Shown here: piece after piece, positions 10,129-20,279 of the stretch
How positions within the stretch are numbered: the stretch's first letter is position 1
Layout: each line of letters starts with the position of its first letter
NCBI GenBank assembly: GCA_002502095.1
Contig: DAPJ01000005.1
Span: 15,763-79,762 of the forward strand
Reading direction: 5' to 3'
DNA: 64,000 bases
Origin: Euryarchaeota archaeon UBA62
GTDB taxonomy: Archaea > Thermoplasmatota > Poseidoniia > Poseidoniales > Thalassarchaeaceae
Program-made: the position numbers and the translations under genes
The notes under the pieces: model-generated
Told to the model about the DNA's origin: nothing
The model's database searches: none
What the model saw: the letters and a program-made list of their open reading frames with translations, nothing else

Positions 10129-13100
10129 ATGAGGAGGAAGCAGACAGCGGCCTTTATTGTACTACTTTTACTAAGTAGCCTCGCTTTCGTTTCTCAAACT
10201 AGGCCACAATCCCCGGTCGACTCCACGAATCCTACTGATGCGCAAGGAGGGGCTCCTCCAGCTACCGATGCAGACGAAGATAGAATACCCGATCAATATG
10301 AGTCGATATATGGGGAGGACATAGTTATCGATACTCCCGAAGGAAGCTTCGAGGTACTTGGTTTGGACATGAACAACGGTACTGACAATATGTCCGATCA
10401 TGATAGAGATGGGGCCGTGGCCCTGCTAGAGTACTGTTGGCCGTATACTCTCGACAAATGCTTTACTGACAGACTTTCCTTGACAGGCAAGCCTCCTGAA
10501 TTGACTGAATCAGGAAATAGGGAGTATCTGGACCCCACCTCGTCAGATACAGATGGGGACGGACTTCCAGATGGATACGAGATACACATGTGTACCGAAG
10601 GAGGACTGGGTTACCTCAATGCGACCAATGCATGGACATGCCTCTGGTTCGATCCGCTAGACCCATCTGACAGCACAGAAGATATTGACAGGTGTGAAGA
10701 TTTTAGTTTTGGCTGTGGAGACGGCTTTGATGTCAATAGAGACGGTCATATCGATGTTACCGAGAGATACTCAAACTCAGAAGAATACTCTTTCGGAACC
10801 CCAGAAAACTGGATTACAGAGAGAGACGGGCTTTGGTGCTCAGGTATAATTCCGGGAATGAGTGAAAATGCATGTCAGGAATCAATAGTAAGGCCGACCG
10901 GGGACGATGGGTGGCTAGGAACCGATCCTACACGCTCAGATTCTGACTACTACTCATGGTCTGATCTATTGGCAACCGGACTTGTCATTCCTGGTGATGG
11001 AATTCCAGATGGATGGGAAGCACACTACGGACTTGACCCCAGGAACGCTAGTGATGCGATATTGGATTCTGATAACGATGGTTGGGATGCAGATAGGGAC
11101 GGTTACGTTATCCCCGATACGTCCACCGCTACCGCCGCATGGGGAGAAGCGTTCAGTAATTACGAAGAGTACATGGTTTACTATGACGAAGGGTCCTGGG
11201 TAAAACCAGGAATCAGAGGTACTGCAGGAACCAGTCATGATGGAACCGTACTTACTTTTGATCAATCTACGCAGACCCAATTAGTTGATGCGGCAGTACA
11301 CACCATGATTAAAGACAGCGAGCAACAGAGAATAATTGTCGGTTCAAAATATGGAGTAACTACACTAGATCCATTCGGCGAGATATCCTCTCTTCACAAT
11401 CTTCGCCCTGGTGTGGAGATGACTTCGATGGTCAGGTGGTCTCCCGGTGGGAACTCAGATTTCTTAGTTATCGGAACGAATCTAGGGGTTCATTGCGTTT
11501 CAATGGAAAACGGACTCCCAATAATGTCGTCTCTTTCTGAATCTGAAATAGGCCACGTGGTATCAATGATGGAACTTGATACGGGTAGTGATAATCTGGA
11601 TCTAATGGTTTTCGGGCATCAGAAGGCATGGACTGTAAGCGTATCTGATGAAGGCTCTGGGGGAGATTGTTGGAGCGGAGGAAGATCCGTAAGTGTAGGA
11701 CAAGAAATCCTAAGCTCTCCATTGACCGAGGCTCTATCCGACTCGGAGGTATCGGCCAATGATGCTGTCCAAGTTCCAATACAAGGTAGAGGTCCACTGC
11801 TGATGGTAGCCACTAATTCAGGGCTGATCGCATGGAACACTACAGACGGAGTTACATCTGCGGGCGATCCATGGTGGGTCTTCGACATCGAAGATGCAGA
11901 GACATTCGTGAGAATGGCTGATCTACTAAACGAATCTAAATCCGCGGTCGTCAACGTTTTGGAGCCCGCGGGACCAATTCTGGACAATGGGGAGCTGGAG
12001 GAAGTTACAGGAGTATGGATGGGAACAGCAGGAGGGCTACACCTGATTGACCTGTCTATATTCATGCAGATGCCAAGATCCTCGATAAGTAATGATAGAA
12101 TGTTCAATTCAGAACGTTGGACTGAGGGTGCTAATGATATAAGGTCAGTTATGGCTATCGAGGGAATGGTAGTTCTAGGTTCTAGGGACGGAACATGGTG
12201 CCTCGAAGGAGGACACACAGGCGTCTTGGGCCCCTACATCAATCAAACCAGAATGCCAGGAATGGTCACCAACCTAATTTTAATGGAAAACGGAGACGAA
12301 GATTGGATTTTCTCAGGGTCATCGCCTGGGAGATTCATGAATATCATGCCTATAGACCCATTATCTGACGATTCAGATTTTGATGGAATGCCCGATGGCT
12401 GGGAATATGTTCATGGTTTGGATCCAACGGACCCCTTTGACAGGGAGAGGGATGCCGATGCTGATGGAGTCAGCTTCCCCTTAATTGATGGGACCATATT
12501 TATCCGTGAGTGGAGTAATTTGGAGGAGTTCAGATACGTAAACACTTCACAATTCGGTACAAATGGCACCGATCCAAGAAATATTGACTCCGATGGAGAT
12601 GGCCTTACCGATGGAGAAGAGTACTGGGGTTGGTTTTTGGATTCAACATCATTTTCTTGTCATTATCTGAATGATGACTATGTTTGTGATGACTCATCAT
12701 CACAATCGGAGACCGTCCATCTCGAAGGATGGCTTGGCTCAGGCGCAGGAGGAGGTACAGACGGTCCAACAGACCCCACCAATCCAGATACAGACGGGGA
12801 CGGAATGCCCGATGGCTGGGAGATCGAGAATAGGAGATGGATAGGAGATATCTACACTGGAGGTAATCTCTGGACACTAGATCCAAGGGACCCGAACGAT
12901 GCAGAAGAAGATGCAGATGGAGACGGACTGTCAAATCTATGCGAGTATAAGTGGGGGGAGATAATTGATGATGTCATCAGAGAAGGACTTCCTTCCCATG
13001 GTGAGTCTAATGAGTCGGCACTATCATGGGTGCCCACAGATCCGAATAATGTAGACTCTGACGGGGATACTCTTCCCGATGGCTGGGAGGCGAGATATAC

Positions 13101-15867
13101 TTGCTCTTGGAATAAGGACAACAAGGGAATCAATCCATTGAATGGTTCAGACGCACTCAACAACCCCGACGGTGATGGTTACGATATCAATATGGACGGC
13201 GTACTATCAATGGATGAGCAACTGGTAAATTGGCTCGAATACCATCTGAAAGATCAGATTATATATGCTGATTCAACTGAGTCAGGAATGGAATTCCCAA
13301 ACGGATTCGTCACGAACCTGTCACACTCTTCATGGCAGGGACTCGCTCCAGGCTCCTTTGGAGAGTACACTAGTACTGCATACCTAAGCTTGGTCAATGG
13401 AACTACTGTGGAAGATGTCGGCTCTGGAAATCCACTTTCTTCCGACTCAGACAGAGATGGAATGCCAGATGGTTGGGAATACTACCATTCACGATGGAGT
13501 TTGTTTGATGAAAAATGGACTCTAAATCCAGTAGATGAAAGAGATCAAGATGGCGATCCCGACGGGGATGGAATGAATAACTGGGAAGAATACAATTCAA
13601 TAGATGGAAATCTCAGTGAGACAGACTCTCTTGTTACATCGCCACAATTCTACTTACTGAGCGTAGGAGGGGAACTACTTCCTACTCCATGGCTTTCTGC
13701 AGAGTCAACATACTCTTTCGGACACTTCCTGTCTGAAGATCAGAAGAACCTAACGGGACTGACTGCAGATCCAAATAATCCTGACACGGACGGAGATGGA
13801 CTGTTAGATGGAATTGAATTAATTTTCACAAGATGGAACTCAACCGATTCTGTATGGACTCTAAATCCCTTGGTATCTGGTGATGGATATTATGATTCGG
13901 ATTTAGACGGAATCACCGATCAAGTTGAACTCAACCTTACCAATAATAACCCTGCCAATGGGGGACTCTCTCCTCCAGATGCCCCTAGAATGTGGGAAGA
14001 GGCTGACTCGATTGATCCTTCTGAGGCCAACAACAGAGTCTTCAGGATTCTGTTTGGAAAGGAAGGAAAGGCCCAACTAGCCATGGAGCAATACCAAGAT
14101 TGGCTGTCAGGGAGTCCAGCAAAACCACTCCTATCTGCCCTTCTAGGAATATCAGATCCTAATGACGTGGATACCGATAGAGATGGGATGAGTGATGGGT
14201 ATGAGTATTGGTTCACACAGTGGAACCTAGAGCAAAATATATGGGAGATGAATCCCTTAACAGGAACTGATGTTTCTAGAGATTCGGACGACGACTCGTA
14301 CGACTGTGATGGAAACGGTCAGATTTCAGACTCAGAGTCATTTGATAACTTGGCGGAATATGAGTCTAGAATTTATGGAAAAAAGATAGCTGTGGATACA
14401 ATTCCAAATGAGACAGGTCTGGTTTCATATGGTGCCGACGCGATTAATGCATTTATCGGAGAGGAGGGAATGTCATATGATGCCGCGTTTGGACAGCTGT
14501 ATGATATGTTCAGAAGCAAGAGTCTGGAATCTTCAGATAGAATGGGCCTAATCAATTCTTTACAACCGGATAATTTCAATATCAGCCTAGCCGGAGTGAG
14601 CGATCCTACAGATGATGATTCAGATCTTGATGGGATGCCCGATGGTTGGGAATTTTGCTATTCGATATATGGCGAATTCTTGCCTGTTAATGATTTCAGG
14701 TGGTCTTTAAATCCAATTAATCCATTAGACATAAACTATGATCCCGACTCTGATGGATGGTTCGATAGGGAAATCACTGATGTTCCCGCTCCTCAGGGAA
14801 CATGGGAGTCAAGACAGTTCTCAGAGTATGAACCGGAAGGACAGATCCCCCAAGGAGTCCAGTCTCTACTTTTCTCCAATTTAATGGAGTACAACAACGG
14901 CACACACCCATTAGATGATGATAGCGATGACGATTCCAGTGTGATGAAGCCTGTTTTCACTAATGGTGTAGTCACGTCATATGTCAAGGACTCCAATCTA
15001 TCTGATGGAAGAGAGGTGTTCAAGTACGGTACTAACCCACTGGACAACGATACAGATGGAGATATGATGCCGGACTTCTACGAGTATTACAGAGGTTGGA
15101 ACGAAACAAATGATAACTGGTCTTCCAGACTGCAAATTTCAGTTGTATGGCATCAAGTTACTTCTGTTGTCTGGAAACCAGTACAGGTTTCTAATGGAGT
15201 GATAACTAGGCCTGTTCTAGAATGGGCTTGGTTCACTCACGATCCAACAGATCCCTCTGATGCTGGCCAAGATGCGGATAACGATGGTGCTTGGGACTGC
15301 TCTGGAGGGAGTTGCATTTACCAGCCCTACAACAACTTCCAAGAATACTTCGGAGTAGTCAATGCTTCAATGTCATCTCCTTCTCTGGTCAGAGCATCAA
15401 ATCTTGTTGACTGTTCGGGAGAGCCAGTATCCGAGTGGTGGCAATTAAGGGAGAGCCTCTTAGGGACCTGCTCTGGCAGCTCGTCCATTTCTACTAATTA
15501 TTTCAGAATGAATAAAATTAATGATAATGATAGACTCTATGCGTTGGTAATCAATGACTACGATTTGGACTATGAGAATGTCGATAGTAGCAATGACTTA
15601 ACTTCGCTCAATGGCGAGTGGACGGATACGTTCAACAGGATTGCAGGAGACCAGTATCATCTTCCAAATATTTTCCTCGGAGAGTACGTGTATGGTTGGT
15701 GGATACTCGATATCGATGGCGATCAGATTGCAGACGGTACAGACCCTACCAATTGGGATACCGATGGAGATTGGCTAAACGATCATTTTGAGATTGAGGA
15801 CGATTTACTAGATGGGATAAGGGGGAATAGTGGTTCGCCGATAAGGTACGATGACAGGTCAACCTAG
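10129..15867 (+). CDS. Giant secreted acidic protein with many TSP3-like DxDxDG Ca-binding repeats
   Basis: Signal peptide; about 20 DxDxDG(M/L)PDGWE-type repeats; central non-repeat beta-rich region. Confidence 0.8.
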   Translation: MRRKQTAAFIVLLLLSSLAFVSQTRPQSPVDSTNPTDAQGGAPPATDADEDRIPDQYESIYGEDIVIDTPEGSFEVLGLDMNNGTDNMSDHDRDGAVALLEYCWPYTLDKCFTDRLSLTGKPPELTESGNREYLDPTSSDTDGDGLPDGYEIHMCTEGGLGYLNATNAWTCLWFDPLDPSDSTEDIDRCEDFSFGCGDGFDVNRDGHIDVTERYSNSEEYSFGTPENWITERDGLWCSGIIPGMSENACQESIVRPTGDDGWLGTDPTRSDSDYYSWSDLLATGLVIPGDGIPDGWEAHYGLDPRNASDAILDSDNDGWDADRDGYVIPDTSTATAAWGEAFSNYEEYMVYYDEGSWVKPGIRGTAGTSHDGTVLTFDQSTQTQLVDAAVHTMIKDSEQQRIIVGSKYGVTTLDPFGEISSLHNLRPGVEMTSMVRWSPGGNSDFLVIGTNLGVHCVSMENGLPIMSSLSESEIGHVVSMMELDTGSDNLDLMVFGHQKAWTVSVSDEGSGGDCWSGGRSVSVGQEILSSPLTEALSDSEVSANDAVQVPIQGRGPLLMVATNSGLIAWNTTDGVTSAGDPWWVFDIEDAETFVRMADLLNESKSAVVNVLEPAGPILDNGELEEVTGVWMGTAGGLHLIDLSIFMQMPRSSISNDRMFNSERWTEGANDIRSVMAIEGMVVLGSRDGTWCLEGGHTGVLGPYINQTRMPGMVTNLILMENGDEDWIFSGSSPGRFMNIMPIDPLSDDSDFDGMPDGWEYVHGLDPTDPFDRERDADADGVSFPLIDGTIFIREWSNLEEFRYVNTSQFGTNGTDPRNIDSDGDGLTDGEEYWGWFLDSTSFSCHYLNDDYVCDDSSSQSETVHLEGWLGSGAGGGTDGPTDPTNPDTDGDGMPDGWEIENRRWIGDIYTGGNLWTLDPRDPNDAEEDADGDGLSNLCEYKWGEIIDDVIREGLPSHGESNESALSWVPTDPNNVDSDGDTLPDGWEARYTCSWNKDNKGINPLNGSDALNNPDGDGYDINMDGVLSMDEQLVNWLEYHLKDQIIYADSTESGMEFPNGFVTNLSHSSWQGLAPGSFGEYTSTAYLSLVNGTTVEDVGSGNPLSSDSDRDGMPDGWEYYHSRWSLFDEKWTLNPVDERDQDGDPDGDGMNNWEEYNSIDGNLSETDSLVTSPQFYLLSVGGELLPTPWLSAESTYSFGHFLSEDQKNLTGLTADPNNPDTDGDGLLDGIELIFTRWNSTDSVWTLNPLVSGDGYYDSDLDGITDQVELNLTNNNPANGGLSPPDAPRMWEEADSIDPSEANNRVFRILFGKEGKAQLAMEQYQDWLSGSPAKPLLSALLGISDPNDVDTDRDGMSDGYEYWFTQWNLEQNIWEMNPLTGTDVSRDSDDDSYDCDGNGQISDSESFDNLAEYESRIYGKKIAVDTIPNETGLVSYGADAINAFIGEEGMSYDAAFGQLYDMFRSKSLESSDRMGLINSLQPDNFNISLAGVSDPTDDDSDLDGMPDGWEFCYSIYGEFLPVNDFRWSLNPINPLDINYDPDSDGWFDREITDVPAPQGTWESRQFSEYEPEGQIPQGVQSLLFSNLMEYNNGTHPLDDDSDDDSSVMKPVFTNGVVTSYVKDSNLSDGREVFKYGTNPLDNDTDGDMMPDFYEYYRGWNETNDNWSSRLQISVVWHQVTSVVWKPVQVSNGVITRPVLEWAWFTHDPTDPSDAGQDADNDGAWDCSGGSCIYQPYNNFQEYFGVVNASMSSPSLVRASNLVDCSGEPVSEWWQLRESLLGTCSGSSSISTNYFRMNKINDNDRLYALVINDYDLDYENVDSSNDLTSLNGEWTDTFNRIAGDQYHLPNIFLGEYVYGWWILDIDGDQIADGTDPTNWDTDGDWLNDHFEIEDDLLDGIRGNSGSPIRYDDRST

Positions 15868-15897
15868 TATCTCAAAAAAACAATCCTGGGAATAGTT

Positions 15898-16371
15898 ATG
15901 GACGAACAAGACGGACAAATACCAAGCAAATCCTCGCCTACAGAGGAAAAGCTTCTGTTCCTTCAAGAGAATATGGTCAACTTCATCAATCAATACGGTC
16001 AACCTGTGATAGAAGTATCATTAGTAATTTCAAAATATATCCGTATTATAGTTAAAGAACTTGAAGAAAAGGCATCGAATACCAATGAGGAGCTTCCCGA
16101 AGACTTACTCTCTCCTCGGCCAGTAGAATCCTCTGATGAAGATCCAGTCATGGACTCATTCCCCTTGGAGAGGATACTGGAATCGGTTGATCAGGATAGA
16201 ATGGATATTCTCGACACAATCATTCGAACCATACTGAACGAGACTGAATTACCCTTCATTCCGGCACTAGCTGTCCTCAGAGATTGGGAGCACATTATCA
16301 GGACACAACTGGTAAAATCAACTAGTCCAGGGCATCTTTTCAGCCCATTACAACTTCCTGAAAATTTCTGA
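15898..16371 (+). CDS. Hypothetical protein
   Basis: 157-aa ORF fills the gap between neighbouring genes and has a weak internal duplication. Confidence 0.65.
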   Translation: MDEQDGQIPSKSSPTEEKLLFLQENMVNFINQYGQPVIEVSLVISKYIRIIVKELEEKASNTNEELPEDLLSPRPVESSDEDPVMDSFPLERILESVDQDRMDILDTIIRTILNETELPFIPALAVLRDWEHIIRTQLVKSTSPGHLFSPLQLPENF

Positions 16372-16695
16372 CTATCTAGTTCCGGCGACAATGCCACTAG
16401 ATACCCACCATGCGTCAAATATAGACCAAACGAATAGAACTGGCCAGAGGAAAATAGACAAAATTAATGGAAACTGTATTACGAACCAACCAACTGATTT
16501 TCTATGCTGACGATTGAAGTGCTGTCCAAGGAACAGAAAAGGAACTAGGGATAGCAAAACTGCAACCAGTGGCCTTAATGCTCCCCAAGGACCAACTCCT
16601 CCACTCAACTCCTTCCAGATTACGCCAATTACTCCAATTGCAGTAACCTCATCCTCCTCCTCAGCAGGTAGAATCACCACGTATTCGTGCTCCAT
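16372..16695 (-). CDS. Small membrane protein
   Basis: Two to three hydrophobic helices with a 'WSIFDAW' motif. Start placed at MEHEY. Confidence 0.65.
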   Translation of the reverse strand: MEHEYVVILPAEEEDEVTAIGVIGVIWKELSGGVGPWGALRPLVAVLLSLVPFLFLGQHFNRQHRKSVGWFVIQFPLILSIFLWPVLFVWSIFDAWWVSSGIVAGTR

Positions 16696-16779
16696 CGTTC
16701 GTTGGAAGATGCCAATATGAATGAATGTGACTGCTAATAGACCCAAAAAGACAACCGTTGAGACCCGCTCGCCTACTCC

Positions 16780-17766
16780 ATGGAGGAAAAGAGGATTCTA
16801 CTCACAGGCTTCGAACCATTCTCGGGCCTAGATATCAATGAGTCCTCAGAGGTTGTAAAAATAATTTCAAATGCGGGGTTACAAGATATTGAAATCATCT
16901 CTAGTGTCCTATCCGTGGATGAAGGAGGAACTGAATCATCACTGGATATTCTCAAGGCCATGGAATTTGATGCAGTAATCCATTTGGGGCTATCCAGAAA
17001 TTCTGAGAAGATACTGCTTGAGAGATTTGCAACTAATATGATTTCAATGGAACTACCTGATAATTCTGGTAGGATGGTTAAGAAATCTAAAATTCTCGAA
17101 AACGCATCTGAAAGAATCGAGACAACGGTAAGCATACATAATTTCGATGAGGAATTTGAACACGATAAAGATGTTCAATGGAGCTGCAGTGCTGGAAGCT
17201 ACGTGTGTAATGAGACGTATTTCAAGACTCTATCTGCCCTCTCAAATTCTAATATTCCTATACTATTCATCCACCTGCCGAAGATGTCAGAGATTTCCCT
17301 CAATAAGCAGGTAGAGGTTGTCTCAAGAGCAATTAGACTAATGGTTACAAGGCCAAAATTGACAGTGGTCGGCGCCATGATCAGAGATGAGAATGGAAGT
17401 ATATTGGCCTGTATGAGGCCAGAAGGGGACGCATGGTCTGGTTGGTGGGAGTTCCCAGGAGGAAAGGTTGAGGGGAATGAGTCACTCACAGATGCATTAT
17501 CTAGGGAGATTGAAGAGGAGCTAGGCGTTTCAGTCTATCCAAGATCAAAGGTGTGCGAAATCAATCATAGTTACCAAGACAGGGATGTCAATCTCCATAT
17601 TTTTGATTGTGGTATTGTCGATAGGAAAGACATTGTCCTCTTGGAGCACGATGAATCAAGATGGTTGTCACAAGAAGAGCTCTTAGATGTAAAATGGCTA
17701 CCTGCTGATCTTCCTACTATTGAGGTCTGGTATAGAGAAGGAATTCCCAATTCGAGCTCACCCTAA
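16780..17766 (+). CDS. Pyroglutamyl-peptidase I (C15) fused to a MutT-like Nudix hydrolase
   Basis: ILLTGFEPF, AGSYVCN and FIHLP (Pcp), followed by WEFPGGKVEGNESLTDALSREIEEELG (Nudix box). Confidence 0.88.
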   Translation: MEEKRILLTGFEPFSGLDINESSEVVKIISNAGLQDIEIISSVLSVDEGGTESSLDILKAMEFDAVIHLGLSRNSEKILLERFATNMISMELPDNSGRMVKKSKILENASERIETTVSIHNFDEEFEHDKDVQWSCSAGSYVCNETYFKTLSALSNSNIPILFIHLPKMSEISLNKQVEVVSRAIRLMVTRPKLTVVGAMIRDENGSILACMRPEGDAWSGWWEFPGGKVEGNESLTDALSREIEEELGVSVYPRSKVCEINHSYQDRDVNLHIFDCGIVDRKDIVLLEHDESRWLSQEELLDVKWLPADLPTIEVWYREGIPNSSSP

Positions 17767-18245
17767 TCGAACCACTCTCTTGGGCTTCCATCTTTGTACA
17801 TTGATAATTCATCTCCAACAGCACGTGGAATCTCTCTTCTGCCCTCATGCCAAGTGGCCGACTCCAACCATTCAATGAGGCCAACTCCAGTAATGGAGAT
17901 ATCAATATCCCCTCCGATCACTCTTTCACCAAGAGTGAACGATACCTTGCCGGCCAATGAAGCCAACCTGGAGATACTGAAATCGCAAATTTGGTCATCC
18001 TCCTCCATTGTCATCGCATCTAACGCGGTATCGAGGATAGATTGATTCCTAATAGCCTCCAGAAAATGATCTATTGACGATGATGTACCATAAATTATCT
18101 CTGGATTATTTTTCGAAGGAAAACCTCTTTCTCTATTAGTAATTTCAGGCGACCAGTCAGGAAACAATGATTTTACAGATTCAATAACCTTGTCTAAATC
18201 CTCGTACGGTTGCAGGGTAGTTGAAATCTCAATCTCCCTAATCAT
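17763..18245 (-). CDS. Archaeal RNA-binding protein (COG1931/DUF54-like)
   Basis: 'LQPYEDLDKVIESVKSLFP', 'IRNQSILDTA', 'LAGKVSF' match the family pattern. Confidence 0.75.
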   Translation of the reverse strand: MIREIEISTTLQPYEDLDKVIESVKSLFPDWSPEITNRERGFPSKNNPEIIYGTSSSIDHFLEAIRNQSILDTALDAMTMEEDDQICDFSISRLASLAGKVSFTLGERVIGGDIDISITGVGLIEWLESATWHEGRREIPRAVGDELSMYKDGSPREWFD

Positions 18246-18334
18246 GACTCTTCGAGTACAACGAGGCTGAAAGTTTTGTTCATCCTTGCTCATGTACACG
18301 AATGATTCAAATGAGAAATTTCTAGGGGTCATAT

Positions 18335-19099
18335 ATGTCGGAACGCTCTCCTGCAATCTCACTGGCTTTGTTATTCGCACCAACATTGTGCGTCGTAGCG
18401 ATTAGATTTGGATTGCCTGCTCTCGAGGAGGTTATCTCCCAAGATTATGTATTGGAGATTTCCATTCACGCACTCGCTCTATCATTGGGTGTACTGATGC
18501 TTTACAGATATCTGAGAGTCGAAGATCATGAGTTTCATAGATCTCGGGCCATTAGGAGATTATCAAAGACTTACAAAAGTGAGGATCGAGGACTTTGGGA
18601 AGAGAAATCAGACCGCGCTTTGCAGAAGCTGGAAATCAAGGCAAACTCATCAAACAGGAGAATCAGTACGAAGGTTAGCAAGAGAATGACTGGAAAGGTC
18701 GGAAGTCTAAACACTGAGATGGATGAATCCGAGGTGGACGATGAGTACGAGGCGGAAGTACGCGTTTCCGGACTTCAGACAATTATTGACGAGGAAAATA
18801 TAGGCCCAATAGGAGAACAAAAAAATCGTATTTCAATATCTAATGCCATCAACTCCTTCCTAGATAGATCCGCCAGTAGGAGACTTCTGAAGATGAAGAG
18901 AAATGAAGAGAAGAAGAGAATAAAAGATCTTCAGAGAACCAAGAAGAGAGCGTCCAAAAATAAAATTTCAGGAAGTCCTTGGGACGACACCCCGTCTTCT
19001 TCAAACATTAGAACAGTCAACAAGTGCAATCATTGCGGGGCGATGAATGATAGTGACTCTCAGTATTGTATCTCATGTGGAAATTACTTGTTATCATAG
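18335..19099 (+). CDS. Membrane protein with C-terminal zinc ribbon
   Basis: Two N-terminal TM helices and a C-terminal CNHCG...CISCG. Confidence 0.7.
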   Translation: MSERSPAISLALLFAPTLCVVAIRFGLPALEEVISQDYVLEISIHALALSLGVLMLYRYLRVEDHEFHRSRAIRRLSKTYKSEDRGLWEEKSDRALQKLEIKANSSNRRISTKVSKRMTGKVGSLNTEMDESEVDDEYEAEVRVSGLQTIIDEENIGPIGEQKNRISISNAINSFLDRSASRRLLKMKRNEEKKRIKDLQRTKKRASKNKISGSPWDDTPSSSNIRTVNKCNHCGAMNDSDSQYCISCGNYLLS

Positions 19100-19138
19100 G
19101 GAACGATTCAAATCACCCCTACTTTAGCCATTGACATC

Positions 19139-20278
19139 ATGACGGAGAAGAGGGACTACTACGATGTCCTTGAGATAAGCAGAAATGCTTCCGATGGTGA
19201 CATCACAAAGGCGTTCAGATCACTCGCGAGGAAGTATCATCCAGACAAGAATCCAGATGACACAGAAGCAGAGAAAAAATTCAAGGAAGTCCAAGAGGCA
19301 TACGCAATACTTTCCAATAAAGAAGAAAGAAGGAAGTATGACACCTTTGGTCACAGCGGACCAGGTTCATCCCCATTTGGTCCTGGTGGTTTCCAAGGAG
19401 TCAACATTAGTCTTGACGATTTATTCGGTGGTGGCTTTGATGGTATTTTCAACCAGTTCTTCGGCTCATCTAGAGGGCGGAGGAGGACCAAGGGTGATGA
19501 TCTCATGTACCGTCACTCAGTACCATTCCAAGTAGCAATGGAAGGCTCTGAGGAAGAGATAGAAATCGAAGTTCTAAGAAAATGTAACGATTGTCAAGGG
19601 ACAGGTTCAATGAATCCTTCCGGTGTGAGGGTGTGTCCAAATTGCGAAGGCAGGGGAAGGATAGAGAGGTTAGAAAGACTCGGTCCCTTCACACAAAGAT
19701 CAGTTTCAGACTGTCCATCCTGCAATGGCAGTGGAAAACTTATCTCAGATCCGTGTAAATCATGCAATGGACAAGGCCGTTCTAACCAAACCAAGAGGGT
19801 GAAATTTACCATCCCTCCGGGAGTCTCTTCAGGTGTCAGACTCAGGATGAGGGAGTATGGAGGAGCTCCCGCGAGCGATGATGGAATCCCCGGGGATCTT
19901 TATATCGAGATAGAAATCCAACGTCATCCATGGTTCGAGAGAGACTCTGCGGATCTTTTGATGGGACTTCCAGTTGGATTTTCAGATTTAGCCCTGGGAA
20001 CTAAAATAGAAATTCCTCATATCGATGGAGAGAACCTCGTGGTGAAGATAGATCCAGGTTCTCAACCCGGGGATACAATTGAAATTCGAGGCAGGGGTTT
20101 ACCCTTGCAAGGGAGTAAAAGAAGAGGTTCAGTAATGATTGTTCTGAAACTAGATATGCCAAGAAAACTCTCCAGAAATGAAAAAAAGAGAATTTCTTCA
20201 TTGTCAGATATTTTAGGTTCGGACCATGATGGCATCGAAGAAAGAATCAGGGACGAAGCAGCCAAGAGAAGAAATTGA
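19139..20278 (+). CDS. dnaJ: Chaperone DnaJ
   Basis: J-domain HPD, G/F-rich region, four CxxCxGxG repeats. Confidence 0.97.
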   Translation: MTEKRDYYDVLEISRNASDGDITKAFRSLARKYHPDKNPDDTEAEKKFKEVQEAYAILSNKEERRKYDTFGHSGPGSSPFGPGGFQGVNISLDDLFGGGFDGIFNQFFGSSRGRRRTKGDDLMYRHSVPFQVAMEGSEEEIEIEVLRKCNDCQGTGSMNPSGVRVCPNCEGRGRIERLERLGPFTQRSVSDCPSCNGSGKLISDPCKSCNGQGRSNQTKRVKFTIPPGVSSGVRLRMREYGGAPASDDGIPGDLYIEIEIQRHPWFERDSADLLMGLPVGFSDLALGTKIEIPHIDGENLVVKIDPGSQPGDTIEIRGRGLPLQGSKRRGSVMIVLKLDMPRKLSRNEKKRISSLSDILGSDHDGIEERIRDEAAKRRN

Positions 20279-20279
20279 C

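Noticed and set aside
2497-15047. Many antisense or alternate-frame ORFs inside the long genes (also elsewhere in the window)
   Set aside because: Ser/Pro/Ile-rich shadows of acidic coding strands with no recognisable motifs.
10129-15867. Recurring DNA words such as gatggaatgcccgatggctgggaa as a possible CRISPR or tandem repeat
   Set aside because: Irregular spacing and synonymous variation show they encode protein repeats; no cas genes are present.
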